The notes under the pieces are model-generated. The model ran no database searches, was not told the DNA's origin, and saw only the letters and a list, made by a program, of their open reading frames with translations. From the NCBI GenBank assembly GCA_051362555.1, contig CM120640.1, positions 11,904,001 through 11,968,000 of the forward strand: a stretch of DNA of 64,000 nucleotides, written 5' to 3'. Positions within the stretch are counted from its first letter, which is position 1. The number at the start of each line of letters is the position of its first letter. Made by a program: the position numbers and the translations under genes. The DNA comes from Lingula anatina (taxonomy: Eukaryota; Animalia; Brachiopoda). This document shows, one piece after another, positions 12,272-28,187 of this stretch.

Positions 12272-14069
12272 ATGGTGAGTGTTCTTAACTATATAATTTT
12301 CATTACATCTATTTAATAAATGCATTTTGTATGCTTTCGGCTCAATGACGATAACACTTTTGTAGTATACCCCCCCCCCCACCCTGTAACTTTCTGTAAC
12401 TTTCACTTTTCAAACAGTTTTTTACATTTTCTTGTTCATCTATGTCAAAGCTGTTGAAATAAAATGCTTTTGTAATTACCTGTGGACTTTTTATTAGTTT
12501 TAATCACGTTTAATCCAGCCCACTGAAATACAATGTTAGAATCTTCAATTTACACCCGCAGTCAATAACTTGCCGCGTTTTCGTTGGCTAACTCTAAGGT
12601 AATTTTATGTGAACAAGTAGCTCATAATAATTTCACAGAGGAAGTCCAAGTATACAATATATCAATCCTATGTTCACGTAAAATAAGGTAGAGTAACGTT
12701 AAAACATTAAGCCTATTTTCAGACATTCAATTAATAATTTACATTGTTTCTTGCACAGGGTGGTGGAATTTCACAGCTGTCAGAAGAGCAGATTAAAGAA
12801 CTCACGGAACAAACACCGTGTATGGAAGATGTCTACTTTCAAAGAGATAATGATTATTAGATATTTAACAATACATTTGTTTTTGAGATGGTTGATGACA
12901 ATAATTGCTATGATGTTAAATATGTTTTAAAGATGACAATACTTTGGAAAAAAATTACTTTAAGCATTGTCTCTCCAACCTCACTTTGTCTCTGTCATTG
13001 TTTTTGTGTATGACTTACTGGTTTTCAGTAACTTATTATCAGTTATTTAATGCACAGACACACACACACACGCGTACTGTTGAGCTCAATTTTTACAAAT
13101 AATTTTAATTTCAGTTAATGCTAAAGAGTTGGCCAAGTTGTTAAAGCGATATTCACACTATGATAACTCTGAAAAAGGTGACTTAGGTGTATCACTGGAA
13201 GAGCTCCTGAAGATACCTGAACTCATTGGATATTCACTGATTCCAGCAGTTGCACAGCTGTTTGTATTAGACTCCGGTCGAATCTATCCAGAGCAGTTCA
13301 TATACATGTTTTCTGTATTGAACTCGAGGACTACAGTGGAGAAGAAAAGAGATTGTAAGGATTTATATTGAAATGATAAATATTTATGATGGAAAACCAA
13401 GTCATCACATACATTTTGCCATTCTCTTGCTAAATTTTTGTCAATTTTGTTGATTTAATTTGTAGTGTAAACTATGAGTTATACCATTAAATTTTTTTTA
13501 TCTTGAATTGTGATTTTCTTAAACTTATATTTTAAATTACACCTTAGCTACAAATGTTTAACAAATTTTAATGTTTTTTGCCCCTAGTGGCCTTTAAGCT
13601 GGCAGATACCAACAAACAGGGTGTGCTAAATAAGTCAGATGTGATTGGATTCTTGGGTCTGCTTTATGCAGGTGCTCTTTCTGCCAAAGACATTGAATAC
13701 TTGGCAGAGAAGATCTTACAGAGAGAGGATCTGGATGAACAAGGGCAGCTTTCTCGTACTGACTTTGATAAGGTAGGTTTTCATGAAACTCAAGTGTAGT
13801 TGTAGGTGATACTTTCGTTTTTCATGTCATGAATCATATTTTACTTTTTTGACTGCAATGGAGTAAATTGGTGGCCTGTGCTCCAAGAAGGGCAATAGGC
13901 ATACGTGTGTAAGTAGTAAGTTAGTAAACTATCTATGTAAAATTTATGATTAACATGCTTTAGCACTAAATAATTAAATACAATTCAAAGGGATTTTTTT
14001 CTCATTTTGTAGTTTGTGTCAGATGCAGAACTGAAAGAGCAGTTAACAGTTGACTTACAGCTTCAGTGA
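12272..14069 (+). CDS. Calcineurin B / CHP / CIB-like N-myristoylated EF-hand protein (about 181 aa, 5 exons)
   Basis: Exons 12272-12274 (ATG only), 12759-12819, 13115-13354, 13588-13772 and 14013-14069, all in phase. MGGGIS myristoylation motif, ELTEQTPFNAKEL, AFKLADTNKQGVL and EDLDEQGQLS EF loops. An ATG-only first exon is typical of calcineurin-B and calmodulin-family genes. Confidence 0.85.
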
Positions 14070-14111
14070 TGCTGCATGCAACTTAACCAACATCAATATC
14101 AAAAGAACACT

Positions 14112-14236
14112 GTATATGGTTAATAATATGATACAGTGTAAGAAGAGATATTCCAGACCACAGTAGTTTGCACAGTATATGGTTAATAATATGATACAGT
14201 GTAAGAAGAGATATTCCAGACCACAGTAGTTTGCAG
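14112..14236. repeat. Two-copy 63-bp tandem duplication
   Basis: GTATATGGTTAATAATATGATACAGTGTAAGAAGAGATATTCCAGACCACAGTAGTTTGCA occurs twice. Confidence 0.9.
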
Positions 14237-14353
14237 CCATACTTAAAGAACTGTGAATTATTACGTGTTCATGCCTTACTAAAAGACAATGACATATATT
14301 GCTAAAGAAAGGGGTATTTAGATATTTTTTTATTAAAAGTCATACAACATAAG

Positions 14354-15100
14354 ATGTCTCACACAGCTTCAATCCGTGAGCGAACTAAAGCCCAGAATTC
14401 CCTCGTTTGCCTCCTTCAAGCACTGGAAGGGATGGAGACAACAGTAGAACTGAGGGATGAGAGTAGCGTTAAAGGCAAAATAACAGATGTGGATGGGTTC
14501 ATGGCTATCTGTATGTCTGATGTTGTATTTACAGACAGACATGGAAAAGTAAGCAAACTGAGTAATTTCTCTGTTCAGGGGAGAAATATCAGATTTGTGC
14601 AAGTGCCTGATGAAGTCAATATGATTCAGGCAATTCAGAAGCAACTTGCTTCTATGAAAGGTGCAAGAACTATGGGAATGCAGTGGAAAAAGAAAAAGGA
14701 AACGGTCTCTTGGGATGACTTGAAAGCTGCCAGAGCTAAGAAAGTGACAATTGAAAATCAGGCAAAGTGGTCCGTGGAGACCCAGGAGACCACACATGCT
14801 AGCATGTCAGAGCCACAAGTAGTCACCCAGACTGGTAGTGTTGAGGTAGAACAGGTTAAAGACTGTACGACAAATTTACCAATAACTCAGGTTGGTCAGT
14901 CCATAAATAAATCTGACATTGGGAATTTCACTGGTTCAATGGAATTACCAAGTACCTCTGTCACTAAGTGGTTTAGTGAAACCAGTGGAGAAGATACATC
15001 CACTGTGGCTATTGTTAAAGAAAATTATACAAATAATGTTTCACAAGACTTTGCAAACTTACAGGTTGATCCTGGAACAGGTGAATTGAACAAATCATAA
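14354..15100 (+). CDS. LSM10: U7 snRNA-associated Sm-like protein LSm10 with a long C-terminal extension (248 aa, single coding exon)
   Basis: N-terminal RERTKAQNSLVCLLQALEG..TTVELRDES..G.I..VDGFM and Sm2 motif VQGRNIRFVQVPD are typical of LSm10. Confidence 0.9.
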   Translation: MSHTASIRERTKAQNSLVCLLQALEGMETTVELRDESSVKGKITDVDGFMAICMSDVVFTDRHGKVSKLSNFSVQGRNIRFVQVPDEVNMIQAIQKQLASMKGARTMGMQWKKKKETVSWDDLKAARAKKVTIENQAKWSVETQETTHASMSEPQVVTQTGSVEVEQVKDCTTNLPITQVGQSINKSDIGNFTGSMELPSTSVTKWFSETSGEDTSTVAIVKENYTNNVSQDFANLQVDPGTGELNKS

Positions 15101-15234
15101 GCAAAACTCTACATCAAGTGTGCAAAGACATGCATAACGTGTATGGCTCACTAAGACCCAATTGACATTCTTCACCCAAGTCTCAATGTGAGACAAAGTA
15201 TTTGTTTTGAATGGTGGGTAAATCTTTAAATGGC

Positions 15235-17407
15235 AGAGGCACATGAAATGAGACAAGGCAGCAAGGCTGTCAAATGTACAGACAAAAAGCAGGAAATAAC
15301 AAAAAAGGCTACTGTCAATTCTGATGCAAAAGTACATTTTGTTAAACTGCAAATTCAACATCAAATTTTAATTATGCTCAACAGGTAAAATACATCTGTG
15401 TCTGTACATAAAAACGGCATTTCTTTAAAATAATGGCCCGATTATGCTGATTTTTGAACTCAACCTGCGATTAAGCAGGAATGACCACTCCTGTGAGTTA
15501 AATGACAATTGGCCTATCTGTTTTTCTTATATTGTGTTTACAGTGTTGCATATATGCTGAAAAGTGAAAAAAAAAAGCATAACTACTAAAATAGTGGCCC
15601 GATCCTGCCGATTTTCGAACTTGACCTGCGTTACAGTAAGATAGATTACTCCTGTGAGTTTCATGACAAAAAGCCTATCAGTTTTCCTTGAAATGTGTTT
15701 ACAGTGTTGCATACATGCTGAAAAGTAAAAAAGCAGCATAACTTCTACAATAATGGCCCGTTCATGCTGATTTTCGAACTTGACCTGCATTTTATGAATA
15801 TTCATCAGCTCTGTAAATATACAGCCAAAAAGTAAAACTTTCTTCCACTTATCGTGTTTACAATGAAAGTGCACGGCGCCGGCGACAGCGACAGTGATGG
15901 CAACGACGGCGATGACAGACGCAGGTGATGGCAATATGTACAGACACATCTGTACATATTAACTGTACTGTTTGAGAACAGTAAGTGACATGGTTTTTCT
16001 TAAATGGTCATCATGGGAGAAGTGCCCAAAATAGGTTTTTTCAAATTTTGATGCAATATTACATAATGTTTAACAGCATAATGACCATCAATTTTTAATA
16101 ATAAAATATTAGTATCATGGACAAACAGAAAACGTGACTAACAAAGGTTTTTAGGTCGATGGAACTTCAAAGTCACACCTTAAAAATGCCAAAATGTAAA
16201 CAAGACTGCACTGTTCTGAAATGGGTTTATTTCCATTTTTAACACTTTTTTAACATAAAACAAAATTAATAGGATACTGCCATTTTTTATATGATCAACT
16301 AAGAAAATTGATGAGATGTGAAAAATATCAACAGAGCAGTGTTAAATGTCCAATTTCTTCCATTCTGAGATTCTGAACATAGTGAATGATTGAATCTGAC
16401 AAACTGCAATGATATGAGTTTATTTCCATTTTTGACACTTTATTACACAATACACGATAACAAGTTTACCATCATTTTTACATAATCAACTAACAATGTT
16501 GTAAAGATGAAGGAAATGTCAAACAAACACTTTTACGTATCTTATTAGTTCAATAATGAGACTGTTAACATGCCTAAGAATTGAATCTGTAGAAATGTGA
16601 AACAAGACAGCACTGTTCTGAAATGGGTTTTTTCCCATTTTTAACAATTTTTTTACACAAAACAAAATTAACAGTTTACTGCCATTTTTATATGATCAAC
16701 TAAGAAAACTGATGAGATGGGAAAAATATCAATAGAATAGTGTAAAATGTCCAATTTCTTCCATTCTGAGATTCTGAACATACTGAATTATTGAATATGA
16801 CAAACTGCAATGATATGAGTTTATTTCCATTTTTGACACTTTATTACACAATACACGATAACAAGTTTACCATCATTTTTACATAATCAACTAACAATGT
16901 TGTACAGATGCAGGAAATGTCAAACAAACACTTTTATGTATCTTATTAGTTAAATAATAAGACTGTTAACATGCCTAACAACTGAATCTGAGGAAATGTG
17001 AAAAAACAGCATAACTTCTAAAATAATGGCCCCATTATGCTGATTTTCGAACTCAACCTGCGTTTTAGTAAGATTGACCACTCCTGTGAGTTTAATGACA
17101 ATTGGCCTAACGGTTTTCCTTAAAATGTGTTTACAGGGTTGCATATATGCTGAAAAGTGAAAAAACAGCATAACTTCTACTATAATGGCCCGATCATGCT
17201 GATTTTCGAACTTGACCTGCGTTTTATGAATATTCATCAGCTCAGTAAATATAAAAGCAAAAAATAAAACTGTGTTCCACTTATCGTGTTTACAAGGAAA
17301 GTGCACGGCATCGGCATCGGCATCGGCATCGCCATCGGCGACGACGGCGACGACAGACGCAGGTGATGGCAATATGTACAGACACATCTGTGTCTGTACA
17401 TAAAAAA
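15235..17407 (-). mobile_element. HINE-like (Helentron-associated) non-autonomous element, family B, rearranged multimer
   Basis: Reverse complement of 58641-60430. Terminal palindrome ATGTACAGACACATCTGTGTCTGTACAT at 17374-17401, a GGCATC/CGA microsatellite-like tract and roughly 159-bp internal repeats. Extra 5'-end copies near 15391-15410 and 15935-15958. Confidence 0.8.
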
Positions 17408-18866
17408 TGGCATTGTTGTTGACATTATATCTGCTAATATCTTACCCATGTGATACTTCATTGACTCTCACTGTTGGAAAGGTATGCTGTACTAGTGTTG
17501 TAAATGCAATTGCTTCCTTATTTCTGTGTATTTGAGACAGCTTGCTGTTTATCAAGATAGTTTGAGCACTTGAAAGTGGCATTTTTGAGTATAATTTTCT
17601 GCAAGAAGTGTTCTGTATGCCACTTCAGTTAGGCAGGTTTAAGTATTGTAAAACTCTTATTCTATAATTTCAGAGTTACATAGTTTATTACTTTCATACT
17701 TACAGTTATAAATGCCATTAAAATTTCTGAAAGACTAGAATAACCAGAGAATTCATGTTTTCAGTTTTTTTTCTTTCTCACATTTCTTTACATTAAGTTC
17801 AAATTTGTATGGATTTTACAATAAGACATTTGTTTGAATCTGCACTGCAAACACCCTTGTGTAGTTTTCAGAAAAAGCAGGTCTTTTTGGTTGCTGGTCA
17901 TGATTACTTTATCAATAAGGTTTTCAATTTGGGCCATGCACCTTGCAGATCTAGCTGAGTGTGATGGCTGTTGCAGTAACTCATCTGGTAAGCTAGAGTT
18001 CATCTGAAAATGGCATTGTTTAATTTAACAAGGCCAATTCAGGCTGGGGAATATTTGCTTTATCTCACGGCCACACAGTGGTGCTTGCAATGGGGCACAT
18101 TTTAACTACCTGTAATTCACCTGTAAGATATGAACAAGGTCTAAAACTTGTCCAGAACAAAGCACATGCATCTGAAGTGACCGCAGCTCTTTGAAAAGGT
18201 CCAGAAAAGGTCAATCAGATATATATATTTCATCTTTGTTTGCAATCATGGTTTATGCATGTTATAAAATTTGATTGCAAGTTGATGTATCTATCATCAT
18301 TAATATACTGGCCATATTATTTATAAGACGTAACCTTGTCACTTATACTGGCAATGTTATTATTTGTATACGATAAACAAGTAAATGCAATTTCTATGAA
18401 AACAATGCTCCATTTTTCTTAATTATTATACCTGTACAGAAAAACCTGAAAGCATTGATATTATGCTCTTTCCCGTTCACCAATTTCAAAGAATAGACCC
18501 CTATGTATAATTATAAATATATTAAAAAAAAATTAAAATAAGCACCGTTTAACAGTGTTCCGACACCTGTGAAAAAATGTCCTTTAGGTATATTCTATTA
18601 CCAAATCAATGACAAGATATTATTTCATCTCATTCTAACCATTGTATCTGGAGTGTAATTGTTTAACTACAAACATTAATGGCATCTGTTTTTTAGTGAA
18701 AGGTTCTCTGAAATGGAGTTTTTGACCACATTACCTTTTTCCTGGAGGAAAACAACGTAATGCATTTTACTTATTTTTCCTGTGTAAACAAGACGATTTC
18801 TTGATTTTTAAAAAAGTTTCACTTAACCAAATGGCTTAATGATTTCAGTTTAAAGAAATCTATTAA

Positions 18867-19356
18867 AAGGGCACTCCATGGGATTTTCTTGCCAAAATTA
18901 ACATCTAGAGATTCTCTCCACACGTTTGAAAATCCCCCACAGTCATATTCATGTCTTGTAGAGCTTACAATTTCCCAATTCATGCTCTAAAGACAATAAA
19001 ACCCTTTAGATAAAGTTAAGCTGAAGTGAACCTTGTGTTGTTATTACCCTTTTATCTTCTTTGCTGAAGCCATTGCCAGCTGGCAATGTCTGTATTACAC
19101 GTGACACAGGGCTGCGCCACAAAACCCCACCATTTTCTAGGGCAAAAACCAGGCAATGTGCGTGATGGCAGATGTCATTATATTGACTGGCCAGTCATTT
19201 TACACTAATTTATCAAATTGTATATGAAATAAAACATCAAATCCAAGTCTAGGTACCATCACTGTACGGGTCAAGCTATTATTCAGGAGAAGGAGAAAAC
19301 TGCCCTTTACCCCAGGAAAATTCATTTTAGCGAAAAAATTCCATGGAATTTACCTT
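18867..19356. mobile_element. TTAA-associated non-autonomous DNA element (Kolobok-like), insertion-free copy of 32896-34207
   Basis: Ends AAGGGCACTCCATGG and CCATGGAATTTACCTT. Internal homology to 32896-34207, e.g. AAAGACAATAAAAC..CTGAAGTG.ACCT. Confidence 0.7.
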
Positions 19357-19586
19357 CCAGTAAATAAATAAAATTAAGCACTTATGTAAATATGTTACAA
19401 TTGTTTCAGTTAAAAAAAAAAAGTGTGACCTTGTATGGTTCTAAATGTAAACATTTTCTTTAGAATGTATCTTGCATTTGTGTACAGAAACTTTCCAAAA
19501 AAAATTTATATCAAAAATTATATAATGACTTTACTCAGGAAATCCCAATAATTATAAAGTCTCACTACATCAAGAAGCAATAAATA

Positions 19587-22500
19587 TCAAAGTTCTGTTG
19601 CTTCAACGCATAATTCTGGATTTTCTATATCCCTTTTACTCTGAATAAGTCTTAATTCTAATTGACCTGGGCTTGGATGATTGCCTGGTCCTGCAAGTTC
19701 TGAAAAGAAGCACAATTTTTATTGTACTTGATAGTGAAATAATATTTACAAACAATATGAAAATGAAAAACTTATAAAAATAAATTTACATTTACAAAAC
19801 TTGTGTAAGAACCAAATTATGTTACCTTGTGCTACCTTTAGAGTCCGTTTCAATATAACTTGTATGGTTGATATGGTTTTCTCACATGCAAGCTGAAATG
19901 GACAATGTACCATTAGCTCACTTTGAAAAATACTTTGTTAATTTAAAATTGTTATCAAAATCTTTACAATTCACTTCTGTATTTTAACTGGTTTAATTTT
20001 ACATACCTTTAAATTGCCAGCATGTTTGTCCATCCAAGCCAGTAATAATGCAGCAAACAGATCACCAGTCCCAGTGAAATTTGCAGGAAGCCTGGGTATT
20101 TCCAAACGAATTCCTGTTTTGGACCCATCTAGTGAAGAAAAACAATAATGATCAATAAAAATGCCATTTTTAAATTCCTACTGCTACATTTCCCTTAAAG
20201 CAATAATAACTCTTCCTTTGAGATTCAAAATTCCGCATGAAATACATTGTAAACAACGCATGGAAATATATTCTATTGTATTTTACCACTAAAACGGCCG
20301 TTATTGTAGTAAAACTAAAATCTGTGCTTGTCAATAGGGCTTTCGTGCCTTTCTTCCCGGTCATCAAGGCATTCGTTGCTAATGACGTAATGGTGTCACG
20401 CGGATTCTCGCGTTCATTCGAGACCAAAATAACATATGGCGCCAAACGCATTAATACAGACGCAGACGTAAGTTGCGAGTTTTTGTACAGTGCGTCGGAT
20501 AACGAAAAGCCCAGAATGGCACACATTGTGGATATTAATGTATTTTTAACAAAAAGACGAATATATCTCATGAATCTTATTGTTGTCTGCTTTTCCCGCG
20601 GTTTTAAGTAGGTCAACAGTGACTATGCGATGTCAGAGAGAGCTCCGTCAGTTAAAATCTCTTAAGAGATTTTAACAAAAAACCGTACGTTTAGGAAAAA
20701 AACCCTGGATTAACTTTGAATGCAGGAATGGGGTCGTTGACCATTGGTAAGTACGGGAAAATTGCCGTTTTTTCCAGGAAAATCCAATTTTTGGCCAAAA
20801 CGAAGAGTTATTATGACTTTAACAAGTATATCTATTAACATACATGAATGTGAAAAACATAGCAGTGACATATTTTTACTATTCAATCTTCTTTTTGGAA
20901 AACTGTTTAAGCAAAAATTTGGTATGCTTATTATTCAATTTTTCTTATGGCAAAACTGTTGTATATTGTTCACATTAATGAAAATGTCAACCATGATTTT
21001 AACCAAGTCTTTTTTAGTTAAGTACAGATACAGATATCAATTAAACACTAACTTTTTGTTGAACTTCCCATAGCAATGAGAACATTCTCTGATCCCAAAT
21101 CTGTGCTACTGATCACGACAGTGTTAATGCCCCTATCATGTAGACAATGCATGGCTTTCATGGCATCTGCTTCACTGTTAATCTTTATGTCAGTGAGAAG
21201 TCTAGAAAACAATAATAATGTTATAATCGGAGGAAAAGATGGAGCACTGGCAGAAAAATTGGACTAATTGGAAAACAATTTCCCAACAGCTCTCAGTAAC
21301 TTCTAAGGAGGACAAGATAAGAAATCTAACATTTTGATGAACTTTTATCTTAGGTACTAACCAATTCACCAACTGAAATAAGAAATACTTCTATGAGCAT
21401 TATCAGGTTAAAATGATTTTTGAAATAAGAGAGAGAGAGAGAGAGAATATCTTAAGTAAAAAAGTACTCACTCTGCTTCAAACTGATTAGGAGTAATGAC
21501 ATCTGCCAATGGAAGTATAACCTCCTTGTATATTGGTAACAGGGAAGGTGGTACATACTGGAAGATAAATGGAAGCCATGTCTTTACTCTGGTAAGCACA
21601 TATTATACTGTAAAATTAGTTTATAGTTTATGCTTCATGCTGTCATACTTGGGTTCAGATTTTTACAATATTCAATTAAATGTAACAGAACAAATGAAAA
21701 CGACTGATGTAAGAATTTATTCATAACAAAATTCAACAATTTGTGTCCACTGTGTACACAAAACTCATAACAATCCATATCAGTATGGTGAAATTATTGC
21801 TCAGTTTCTAATAGTGAATGCGTTTATTGCTACTACTTCTACAAGCCATTGGTGACAGGTGATTTTTTTTCCAACTACACTAATTGTCATATCAGAGATA
21901 GCATGTAATTTGCTCACACAAAAAATTGTTCTATTCTACTTAATATTTTTTGTGATGCTTACTTACATAACCTATCACATGGACTGTTTATACATAAGGA
22001 AAACAGAAATTTTATGTGATAGACTTCAATAAATTTCACTAAAAAGACCTACTAATAGAACCGCAAAATAAAGTGAAAAAGATCCATTATCTTTATACTT
22101 CAGCACATCTCAATGTTAAGAAATAAATAATCTAAATTGATAAATTCTACCAGTCAAATTTCAATTTTCTCAAATGTTCATGTTTAGTCAAAGAACTAAT
22201 CTATTTCCTAGCCTTAAATAATTGTTTTCATACATTCTATAACATTATTGCTGACACTTCTAAACCCAAGCCTCTCCTTCTTTGCTACAGTACTATTACT
22301 ACTCCCAGTTTGGCAATGATTTGCTGAAGAACAGCTTATAGTGTATCATGGTGCCGCATCATCTTATACCATTTAATTACCATGTAAGAAAACCCATGCT
22401 TACCATCTGTCCATCATCTCCCATTACAGGGTCACATACTGAAAAGCAAACAGTTCAATATAAATAAGTATACTGTCAGTATCTAATTTTTCACAGATAA

Positions 22501-23976
22501 AACATTTATTCTTATGTGTAATTCATAAACACATGTGAGAAGATGATAAACATGTACCTAAGTGATCACAATACTTACCATATACCAGGCCTGGGTTTAC
22601 CCTCTTTAACTCTTTGATGACATCAGCCACTTTGTGAAGGAATGTTGGATCACCAATATAACCTGAGTAAATATGAGCAGCATGTTTTAAAATTTTCTAA
22701 ATTCAAATCTTGTTGATTTTATTCTTAAATATAATGACATTGGTCATGCAGTTTTTTTACTCGTTTTCAATATTTCAAAACAATATATTTATTCATACAC
22801 TTAATAGTTATTTCAGAGCTTTTATACAAAAATTAAACTTACCTGTAAGTAAGTAGGAGAATTTGTCCAGATTGTTGTCTTGCAATCCTTTAATTAACTC
22901 TCCTAGTTCGTCTGACTTAATAACTTGTCCCGTAAAGGATTTATATCCTAGAGCAATAATTACAAACATGGCACACAATTTTGTTTTTCACAATCTACAA
23001 GTCGTCTTTATTTCTATGTAGTACATTAACACCACTAAGGACATTTAAGTTTCCATTCTTTTCTATATTTTACCCTTTTATAATTATAATTAATATTTTT
23101 ACTTTTGACAGAGATATATTTTACAGCATATAATGCTTAAAGCTATTTAACTTTTTTTCCCTTTCTTGAATTCCTTTTTTCAAGGACCATTTCATAATAT
23201 TTTGGAAATAATTAATGGAATAATTGAAGGGAAATAAAAATTACTTTTCCAATAAGCATGGAAGATATAATCATGATAAATACTGATTTTTTTCCCATTC
23301 AACAGTTATCTAAGTTGTAAATTATAATTTGCTCTTATAAATGCTTATTGCATTTTCGTATCAAATGCTTATGATTGTGTTGTAGAAGTGTGCACTTGAA
23401 TAAATGTTAAATAGCATCAAGAAATATAATCTATGATCATTATACTGTGGAACAGCACTTGGGCTTAGGCAATCAACTTCTAGGTATCTGAATATTAATT
23501 TTAAAAACAGTCAATTACCCAAATGTGATACGAAAACTGTACAGGTGAATTAAAACAGATGAATTACCTGTGTGGTTTGAAAACTGTACAGAATTTATGG
23601 CATCTACTTCGAAACCAAGCACCTTGAAAAGAATGAAAAGACAGAGAATGTTTTAAGTAGAGTTAACGAGGAAGCCTTTTAAATGTCAATGCTGCAAATG
23701 CATGACAAACATAAATATTTAAGCATATACGTTAACTGTTTATCTATTCCATTACCCTACTTATGCATTTGTTCGGTCACAGCCTTTGTAAAAAATTGCT
23801 GGAACTAATAAAGATTATTATTATTATGATTCTAGCAGACCATCAACTTCAGGAGTAGATCGACGTCACTTAAGTCTTAGTACCTGAAGAGGGAATGTTG
23901 CGCTTTTGTTCCCGACATAACCAGATACAACATGACTTTGAATAGACAGCACTCGACCTCTACCGGCACTTTCCAT
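19587..23976 (-). CDS. PDXK: Pyridoxal kinase (about 302 aa, 10 exons)
   Basis: Exons 23976-23884, 23622-23568, 22947-22843, 22662-22579, 22438-22404, 21557-21472, 21201-21053, 20128-20007, 19892-19826 and 19699-19587. Motifs: [56 protein letters not shown] and LELRLIQS. Confidence 0.96.
20199..20818. mobile_element. TTAA-flanked non-autonomous DNA transposon (Kolobok-like) in PDXK intron 7
   Basis: TTAA|AGCAATAATAACTCTTC ... GAAGAGTTATTATGACT|TTAA, with a CpG-rich interior. Confidence 0.8.
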
Positions 23977-23979
23977 CAT

Positions 23980-24410
23980 ATAATGTTAAATGGAAAAATC
24001 GCACTACTCTACTACTTTTCAGCTGATCGTGTCTTTCCGACGACCTTTTTCCACAGTCTGTGCTTGCACCCTCGTGAACCGGATGTCAGTAAACGGAAGA
24101 AGTGTAAATGTCTCTAAAATGGAGATTCAATTTAAACTTTGCACTGCACTTCGAATATTTTATTCCAGTACCGATTGAATAAAATGCTCTTTCATGTAGA
24201 ATTTTATTTTTCTACAGCAATTTTATCACTTGTTATAGCCTTAAAGCAAATTTATACTCTAAAGTTAATGAAAAGTTATACTCGATGATGCCTAAAAATG
24301 TAAACAAAGAATCCCAGTCTTGATGAAACATTTCATGTGGCCTTTGGACATAGGCGGTCTGCTATGGTCAGCTTTAGAACTGGTAATTGAGCTGATAAGT
24401 TGTGGTAGAG
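23980..24410. promoter_or_regulatory. Putative bidirectional promoter PDXK/BDH2
   Basis: Head-to-head ATGs about 430 bp apart. ETS-like ACCGGATGT and ACGGAAG motifs at about 24078-24098. Confidence 0.6.

Positions 24411-28187
<3,777 letters not shown>

Noticed and set aside
14369-14797. Antisense ORFs over LSM10, MAN1A exon 1 and SON exon 3
   Set aside because: They are shadow ORFs of real coding sequence.
15527-17461. ORFs of 140-145 aa (MCLYILPSPAS...), plus the ORF at 58935-59126
   Set aside because: These are translations of HINE-B repeat units that are a multiple of 3 long; they have no recognisable domain.
17788-18003. Minus-strand 71-aa ORF preceded by an acceptor-like TTTTCAG
   Set aside because: No recognisable homology and no consistent partner exons.
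20170-20616. Overlapping 148-aa and 124-aa ORFs on opposite strands
   Set aside because: Both lie within a non-autonomous transposon in a PDXK intron and show no protein motifs.
23700-23830. AATAAAG(ATT)n, a possible LINE 3' end in PDXK intron 1
   Set aside because: Too short, with no TSD or coding remnant to support the call.
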